From: a virus
Lineage: Duplodnaviria > Caudoviricetes
Virus record (IMG/VR): IMGVR_UViG_3300025251_000014
Span: 1 to 58,476 of that record
DNA length: 58,476 nucleotides
Reading direction: 5' to 3' (one strand)
Both the position numbers and the translations under genes were made by a program. Below the pieces are notes generated by a model. The model worked only from the letters and a program-made list of their open reading frames with translations. It searched no databases and had not been told where the DNA came from. Shown here in pieces: positions 53,701 through 58,476 of the stretch. The first letter of the stretch is position 1; every line of letters starts with the position of its first letter.

Positions 53701-56270
53701 GCGCCTCTAATGACAACTGGGTTGGCATTGGAAAGGTTAAAACAAGACTTGGCAGGCTTGATGGTATAACAGGTAATACACAAGAATATGGTCTAATGGC
53801 TGGTGATGGATTTACAGCAGCTACAGACTCCTATCTTAAGGCAAGTAATACTGGTGTATCAATATATAATGCAGACCTTGACCTATATAGGGCGTCCACA
53901 CTCGTAGCTAAGATTGGGGCTGCAACACCTCATATATCGATAGGAGACTTTGCAGCCTCCACAGTGTTGCCAACCACTTCTGGCCAGCAGGGATTTTGGG
54001 TAGGACATGATGGGAGTAGTGCTTATGATTTATTATTGGGTAAAGTGGGCGGACAAAATGTAACATGGGATGGTAGTGCAGGAACCTTATCCATTAATGG
54101 TATAATTACCGTAACAAATACCACTGACTTTGCTCCTATTACTGCTGATAATACTGCAGAAAATGAAACATATAGTACTGGTGCAGAGGTTAGAGCTTCA
54201 ACTGGATGGCAATTCACTGGCCAAACAACTATTGATGGTGGCGCAATACAGGCTGATTCTATTACTGCTGCAGAAATTGATGCCAATACCATCACCATAG
54301 ATCAACTTGCTACAATTAGTGAAATCAACCTTTCTGGAAAAGTAAATATAACAAGTACAGGCTCTCAAAATGTGATGATTGGAAAGTGGGCCGCCAATCC
54401 TGATCAGGTCAATGTAACAGATAATGTTTGCTTAGGATATGAAGCTGGTGGTTCATTAGGTGGTAATACAGTGGCTAACAATGTATGTATAGGCACTTAT
54501 GCAGGCACAGCAATAACTACTTCTCCGAAAAATGTTGCAATAGGATACGGTGCAGGCTATAGTATATTAACAGGGTCTGGTGAAAATGTGTGTATAGGCT
54601 CAACTGCAGGATACAATCTAACCTCTGGGCGTGGCAATGTATGTATTGGGGATAATGCAGGATATGGAGATTCTACATCACAATTTACAGGCTATAGCAA
54701 TATAGCCATTGGTCAGAATGCTTATCAGGTTGGGACAAGTGGGCATAATAATATTGTTTTAGGTACCCTGGCAGGAGATTCGCTCACCGAAGGACACCAT
54801 AATGTTATCATTGGAGACGAGGCGGGAGCCTTTATTACAGATGGTGATGCAAATCTCATTATTGGATATGGAAATGTGTCGAATGGTACTGGGCAACTTT
54901 CAATAGGAATATATGACGGAACGAGCAAAACAGTCTATATTACTGGTGAATGTGGTGGGGTACCTGGAGCTGCAGGTAACCTTACCTTCCCAGGGTCAAT
55001 AAAATTATTAGGTGGGGTAGCTATTAATGCTATACGTAACGACTTTAACAATGATGATGTGTCCGTTATGACATCTGCAGCTATTAAAACTAAAATAGAG
55101 TCATATGGATATACTACTCATGTTGGAGATATTACAGGCGTAACGGCTGGCTGGGGTCTGCATGGTGGTGGTAGCGATGGCAGTGTGGAATTAAATGTAG
55201 GTGGAGGAACTGGAATCGTTGTAAATGCCAATAATATAGATGTTAAAAGCTCCCAAACAGGCATTGACTCGATAACTAACACTAATTTATTGATAGGAAG
55301 GGATACTGACAACTATATTGATTTTGGTGTTTTGGACAACCTTATAGTATTTAAAGTTGGTGGAAATACAACTATACAGATGAAGTCTTCAGGGGAAATT
55401 GAAGCTACTACTTTTAGTGGATCAGGTGCAAGTTTAACCAACGTCAACGCAACAACTTTTACGTGTACAGCAAACAATATTGGCACTGGGACTGTATATC
55501 CAGTGTTTGTGGATGGTGTTACAGGCGCACAAGGAGCAGAGACAGATTCAGGGCTTACATATGACCCTGCTGATGGGAAATTATCTCTTCATGAGATTAG
55601 TTGCGAGACTAGTAATAGTTATGCATGGGTTGCCAAGTTTAAACAAACTAATCAGTTTGGCTTTGGCTTATTTATCTCGGGGGACGTCGATTCTACAGCA
55701 CCAATGCTTCAAGTTTCAAGCGGGACAACAGGGGGCACTCAGAGATTTAGAGTAGAGGCGAATGGTAGGGTTATAATAGGGGATGGGAGTCCAGTCGCAG
55801 CGCTACATATTGCTGATACTACAGATATAGGCTTAGGTGGAGGGGGAGTATTTGTCATTGGGCCAACCAATGGTCAAAATCTCGGAATGGATAACAATGA
55901 GATTATGTCAAGGAATAATGGTAGTTCTTCTACGTTGTACCTTAACCATGATGGTGGAGATATTTCTACAAATGGTTCTGTTGTACATTCATCTGATAAA
56001 ACTTTAAAAGATGGTATAAAAGACCTTGACTATGGTTTAAATGAAGTATTACAATTAAAACCTTCTACCTTTTACTGGAAAAGAGATAGTGCTAAGACAG
56101 AAATTATAGGGCTTATAGCACAAGACCTTCAAGAAGTATTACCTGATTTAGTAGTTAAAGATGAAAAGTATGGTACTTTGGGAATAAAATATTCTCAATT
56201 AACTCCATTATTAATCAAAGCAGTACAAGAACTATCAGCAAAAGTAACAGCCTTAGAGGCTAAAATATAA
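50730..56270 (+). CDS. Long tail fibre/spike, 1846 aa, with C-terminal intramolecular chaperone (peptidase S74)
   Basis: GNVGIGTTSP repeats, N.C/AIG..AG beta-roll repeats, SDKTLK...GLIAQDL...Y..L.P.LIKAVQEL. Confidence 0.9.
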   Translation: MRSKEERKALHRLAERRSRKDTISKADNSSRIVRDGKKLFQVTTIDGEELYNEVKTSSRAAAGQSTGSGGDTTLNISGGGGRVGAASSHLSLEDVGRDDHHPELHTLASHSDWASTGTGNNVVLSAGPTLTGTAAFADITASGDLDVTGDISCDDLTVGGSASISVDTTATGTVTITKTTTSALKVEDGSNSIALQVDTTNNTVGIGGADSTDTLTVTGTTNITGATTIGGTLGVTGLATLDGGIVVDSDKFTVADGTGDTVIAGSLNVQSVSGVTIDTGNSFELTFSGTNAANIRHSGSSQDIYILPSGLLRLGSGGQNDRIVIASDGHVGIGTPATAADILKISGKRTLTTSADTNYTAHMIANTGSGNASTYYDAIDGDFSGSDYGRVGQSNTGHMEYVIEASSPAPYHVFTGGNVGIGTTSPGEPLDVANLGGGAQMSLTRMDNSISSGNEIGHLFFTMVDADGTTDRDISCGIGAYATETHDGANFGGELRFSTSDNTSSTKTTRMVIDEDGYVGIGTTSPSALLEIASSTANRPIVYITNTSTSPNDEGGNIIFRTGDPDANLTTNDVLGDISFQGQDNSDNAYITGATIRARIDGTPGTDSMPTELAFYTNSGANSHTQQMCILANGNVGIGTAAPQVEFHVESTDPQIRISDPNSWNTTTATAYIEMYDRNDTALLGKVGYLSPTNLDMTIYNALAGDVNFSTSATQRMTILSGGNVGIGIGNPATKLEVLSGTTNQLKLSYNAWGDNCTFGVDTNGYLTITPSGNNILMPDALTNLRSTSYVSGLFTGSGWNIYKDGNDAYNMEVDNLWVRGSMFVWELVINKIRATNGSLVVTSSAECSDGEFVSPGVDPLAEDDLLDLTFSTGKEDADGDNAAIDYHPFKDGDLILAHDSSLGDNGVALTIREIRLEVTDDDIGAVNVCRVKVIAGTTNGTEIANLTGMAFVRVGSTSDSNRRGGVYLTSDDSNAPFIDIWNNVDAFTGSASNDNWVGIGKVKTRLGRLDGITGNTQEYGLMAGDGFTAATDSYLKASNTGVSIYNADLDLYRASTLVAKIGAATPHISIGDFAASTVLPTTSGQQGFWVGHDGSSAYDLLLGKVGGQNVTWDGSAGTLSINGIITVTNTTDFAPITADNTAENETYSTGAEVRASTGWQFTGQTTIDGGAIQADSITAAEIDANTITIDQLATISEINLSGKVNITSTGSQNVMIGKWAANPDQVNVTDNVCLGYEAGGSLGGNTVANNVCIGTYAGTAITTSPKNVAIGYGAGYSILTGSGENVCIGSTAGYNLTSGRGNVCIGDNAGYGDSTSQFTGYSNIAIGQNAYQVGTSGHNNIVLGTLAGDSLTEGHHNVIIGDEAGAFITDGDANLIIGYGNVSNGTGQLSIGIYDGTSKTVYITGECGGVPGAAGNLTFPGSIKLLGGVAINAIRNDFNNDDVSVMTSAAIKTKIESYGYTTHVGDITGVTAGWGLHGGGSDGSVELNVGGGTGIVVNANNIDVKSSQTGIDSITNTNLLIGRDTDNYIDFGVLDNLIVFKVGGNTTIQMKSSGEIEATTFSGSGASLTNVNATTFTCTANNIGTGTVYPVFVDGVTGAQGAETDSGLTYDPADGKLSLHEISCETSNSYAWVAKFKQTNQFGFGLFISGDVDSTAPMLQVSSGTTGGTQRFRVEANGRVIIGDGSPVAALHIADTTDIGLGGGGVFVIGPTNGQNLGMDNNEIMSRNNGSSSTLYLNHDGGDISTNGSVVHSSDKTLKDGIKDLDYGLNEVLQLKPSTFYWKRDSAKTEIIGLIAQDLQEVLPDLVVKDEKYGTLGIKYSQLTPLLIKAVQELSAKVTALEAKI

Positions 56271-56271
56271 C

Positions 56272-56300
56272 TTGCATGGTAACTATAACAGTGTTAAATT
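56272..56300 (+). promoter_or_regulatory. AACTTGCA-type putative promoter for the ejection-protein block
   Basis: TTGCAT-17-TAAATT in the intergenic gap. Confidence 0.5.
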
Positions 56301-56340
56301 CTAGGACAGTTTATAACCTATATAAGGAAAGGATAAGATA

Positions 56341-57576
56341 ATGGGTTGGCGATCAGCGGCAAATTACACAGATAAAGCAGTGAACAGGATAGAGAAGTCT
56401 TATGCAGATAAGGCTGCTAAAAGAGAGCGCGGTATGGCTACAGTCCTTGAGGGTGTATCGCTGATGGATAACTATATGGCTGATAAAAGAGACTTTAATG
56501 AGCTTTCTGGATACGCCAAAGAGCAAGGTTTAGAATGGAACAAAGATACAAAGTCCTATATAGGAACTGTGAACGATCAGGTATACAATATCAATAAGGC
56601 AGATATGTCTGCTATAAGAGATAAAACAAAGTTTGGGGATAAGGATTTTAGCGGTATAACTATGAAGGGTGACAATATTAAGGATGTATGGCTAGACAAG
56701 GATAGGACCAATCCATACTTAAGGGAATTACGTAAAACAGTCAAGCTAGATAACGATGACTACATAGATCCTCTAGATATACAGGCTGAAGATGATAAAA
56801 ACTTTGCACTTAATATGTTTGAGGAGACCGAAGAGATAATAGATAACCCCCCACCAGTAGCCACAGGTACTTTAGAGGATGCTTATGATTGGGATGATGA
56901 CTTAGCAGACTCTTCTTGGAAGGCTGGTGGAGAAAGAATCGATGCATCCGGTATTGAACATAATAAAGAGAAAGCATTAAAGAACTTCATCTCAGATAAG
57001 GATATGATGTCACAAGAGCAGGTCATTAATGATAAGTCTACTGGAAAGACATATGGAGAGCTATTATATAAGGAAGGTGCAGGCTTTACTGGAGATGATA
57101 CTAAGAAAACACGTAATGCCATGGCTGATTTTGCAAGCCCGAATGAAAGTCCTATACAGTCAAGGACAACCAATACATACGGAGATAGAGAGTCGGGTGA
57201 ATACTTTACAGATGAAGAACAGCTTATGTATAGACCTAATAATGATAGAGTATTGAAGAAGACTACATTGTGGGATAAAGTCAAGGATGTTGTTGATGTT
57301 AGTGATACCAACGAGGATAGGCGCATAGAAGGATTGCTCAGTAATTATAGAGGGAAAATGAAGGCTAATACTCCCGATCAGAGCTGGCAGGAAAAAATGG
57401 GCCTTTGGACAGGGTATAAGCATGGTGAAGGATTTCGACCTACTTATTGGAAGCCTCCTTTTCAGGTTCCACAAAGCGAGGAATCCTTATGGTTAAGACA
57501 ATTTTCTGATGCGACTAAAACTTATAGCAATACTGAAGTTGCTGGCATTCCAGAATGGAGACTTGATAAGGAGTAA
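56341..57576 (+). CDS. Acidic hypothetical protein, 411 aa, probably internal virion
   Basis: ORF track; heads the ejection-protein block. Confidence 0.6.
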   Translation: MGWRSAANYTDKAVNRIEKSYADKAAKRERGMATVLEGVSLMDNYMADKRDFNELSGYAKEQGLEWNKDTKSYIGTVNDQVYNINKADMSAIRDKTKFGDKDFSGITMKGDNIKDVWLDKDRTNPYLRELRKTVKLDNDDYIDPLDIQAEDDKNFALNMFEETEEIIDNPPPVATGTLEDAYDWDDDLADSSWKAGGERIDASGIEHNKEKALKNFISDKDMMSQEQVINDKSTGKTYGELLYKEGAGFTGDDTKKTRNAMADFASPNESPIQSRTTNTYGDRESGEYFTDEEQLMYRPNNDRVLKKTTLWDKVKDVVDVSDTNEDRRIEGLLSNYRGKMKANTPDQSWQEKMGLWTGYKHGEGFRPTYWKPPFQVPQSEESLWLRQFSDATKTYSNTEVAGIPEWRLDKE

Positions 57577-57581
57577 TTTTA

Positions 57582-57896
57582 ATGGCAGAAGCTGAGCGCA
57601 ATAGAAATAGAGGACACCAAGAATTGGCAAGGAGTCAAAGACCTGAGTTTAAAACTAGGGATCAAATGCCATCTTTTAACTCTAATGCATACGACATGAT
57701 AGGCCAAGCTCTATTTACAGGTATAGAAAAGGGTGAGATTACCGACCAGGATATAAATGACATACTACAGAACTTCCAAGCTGACTTTGATGTAGACTTT
57801 GGTGAGGACTATAGTGCTAACATAGGATATAATCAACCAAGTAATCGTGGGATGAGAGATTTATTCAGACTTACATTAACCAAACACTTTAAATAG
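57582..57896 (+). CDS. Hypothetical protein, 104 aa
   Basis: ORF track; AAGGAG RBS. Confidence 0.65.
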   Translation: MAEAERNRNRGHQELARSQRPEFKTRDQMPSFNSNAYDMIGQALFTGIEKGEITDQDINDILQNFQADFDVDFGEDYSANIGYNQPSNRGMRDLFRLTLTKHFK

Positions 57897-57904
57897 GTAA
57901 TACT

Positions 57905-58476
57905 ATGGCTACAGAAGACAATAGACATATAATGGCAACCAAAGGCAGGTATGGTGACAGTATGATACGTGAGGTTAAAGGAGAAGATTCTCATGTTAAT
58001 CCATATGAAGCATATCTTATAGACTCTTATGGTAAGAGCGGTGAGGAGCTTACAGAACTTTTTGGTTCTGGAACCACTAATCCTGAGACTGGAATGCCAG
58101 AGTATTATAGCGGTGGGCTTGGTAAGGCTGGAGGTCTAATGAGTGCAGGAGCAGGCCTATTAACAGGTGGCGCAGCAGCAACAACAGGAGCAATTCTTGG
58201 ACCTTTAGGAATAGGATTAATGGCTGCTGACTGGATAGCTGGAGCTGCAGATAAGGCTAAGCAGAGTAGAGAACAAATAGGTAAGCTCAATGAAGGTATT
58301 ACATCTATTGGCAATGCTCGTACTAGAGCAGGAGAGTATGTAGCTGAAGATATTAATAATGTATGGGAAGGTGTAGGTAGTCAGCTATCAGATATAAGAT
58401 ATAGTGCTGGAGAATCATATGAGCAATTAACAAGAGATATTAATAAGCTAACTAAAGCTGGCAAGGGTCTATCTAC
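57905..58476 (+). CDS. 5' part of the junction-spanning ejection/DNA-pilot protein (continues at 171-390)
   Basis: MATEDNRH...KGRYGD...SHVNPYE...GSGTTNPETGMPEY followed by a Gly/Ala-rich hydrophobic segment, typical of podovirus internal virion proteins. Confidence 0.8.
   Translation, partial: MATEDNRHIMATKGRYGDSMIREVKGEDSHVNPYEAYLIDSYGKSGEELTELFGSGTTNPETGMPEYYSGGLGKAGGLMSAGAGLLTGGAAATTGAILGPLGIGLMAADWIAGAADKAKQSREQIGKLNEGITSIGNARTRAGEYVAEDINNVWEGVGSQLSDIRYSAGESYEQLTRDINKLTKAGKGLS
58307..58476. repeat. Terminal direct repeat, right copy
   Basis: 169/170 identical to bases 1-170. Confidence 0.97.

Noticed and set aside
50730-56270. Diversity-generating retroelement acting on the tail fibre
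   Set aside because: No reverse transcriptase and no TR/VR pair with adenine-specific differences seen.
1-58476. Stop-codon reassignment or prophage state
   Set aside because: Long genes are intact in the standard code with TAA, TAG and TGA all used as stops; no suppressor tRNA, integrase or flanking host genes recognised.

Overview
The window is a complete, circularly closed genome (about 58,306 bp; bases 1-170 recur at 58307-58476 with one mismatch) of an AT-rich tailed phage with podovirus-like architecture. It has two gene arms that diverge at about 30.7-30.9 kb and converge at 13619/13620. The rightward arm (30911 through the junction to 13619) carries terminase, lysozyme, a PT-TG toxin-like gene, P22-like portal, scaffold, major capsid, adaptor, tail and fibre genes, and a block of large ejection proteins. 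One of these (3016 aa) carries two-barrel RNA polymerase motifs (DG..IS, KG, S..K, DNDGD), i.e. a probable virion RNA polymerase. The leftward early/replication arm (30692 to 13620) has many structured non-coding elements, two tRNAs, a circularly permuted Sak4-like ATPase, an SSB, an AEP primase-helicase and a Holliday-junction resolvase. The most striking observation is an apparently complete phage-encoded ubiquitin-like conjugation pathway on this arm: a ThiS/MoaD-fold Ubl whose di-Gly is masked by an 18-aa tail, an E2-like protein with an HP...IC.G motif, a JAB/MPN+ peptidase and a ThiF/E1 enzyme. No DNA polymerase, integrase, reverse transcriptase or CRISPR array was recognised. All calls rest on motif recognition by eye; no searches were run.
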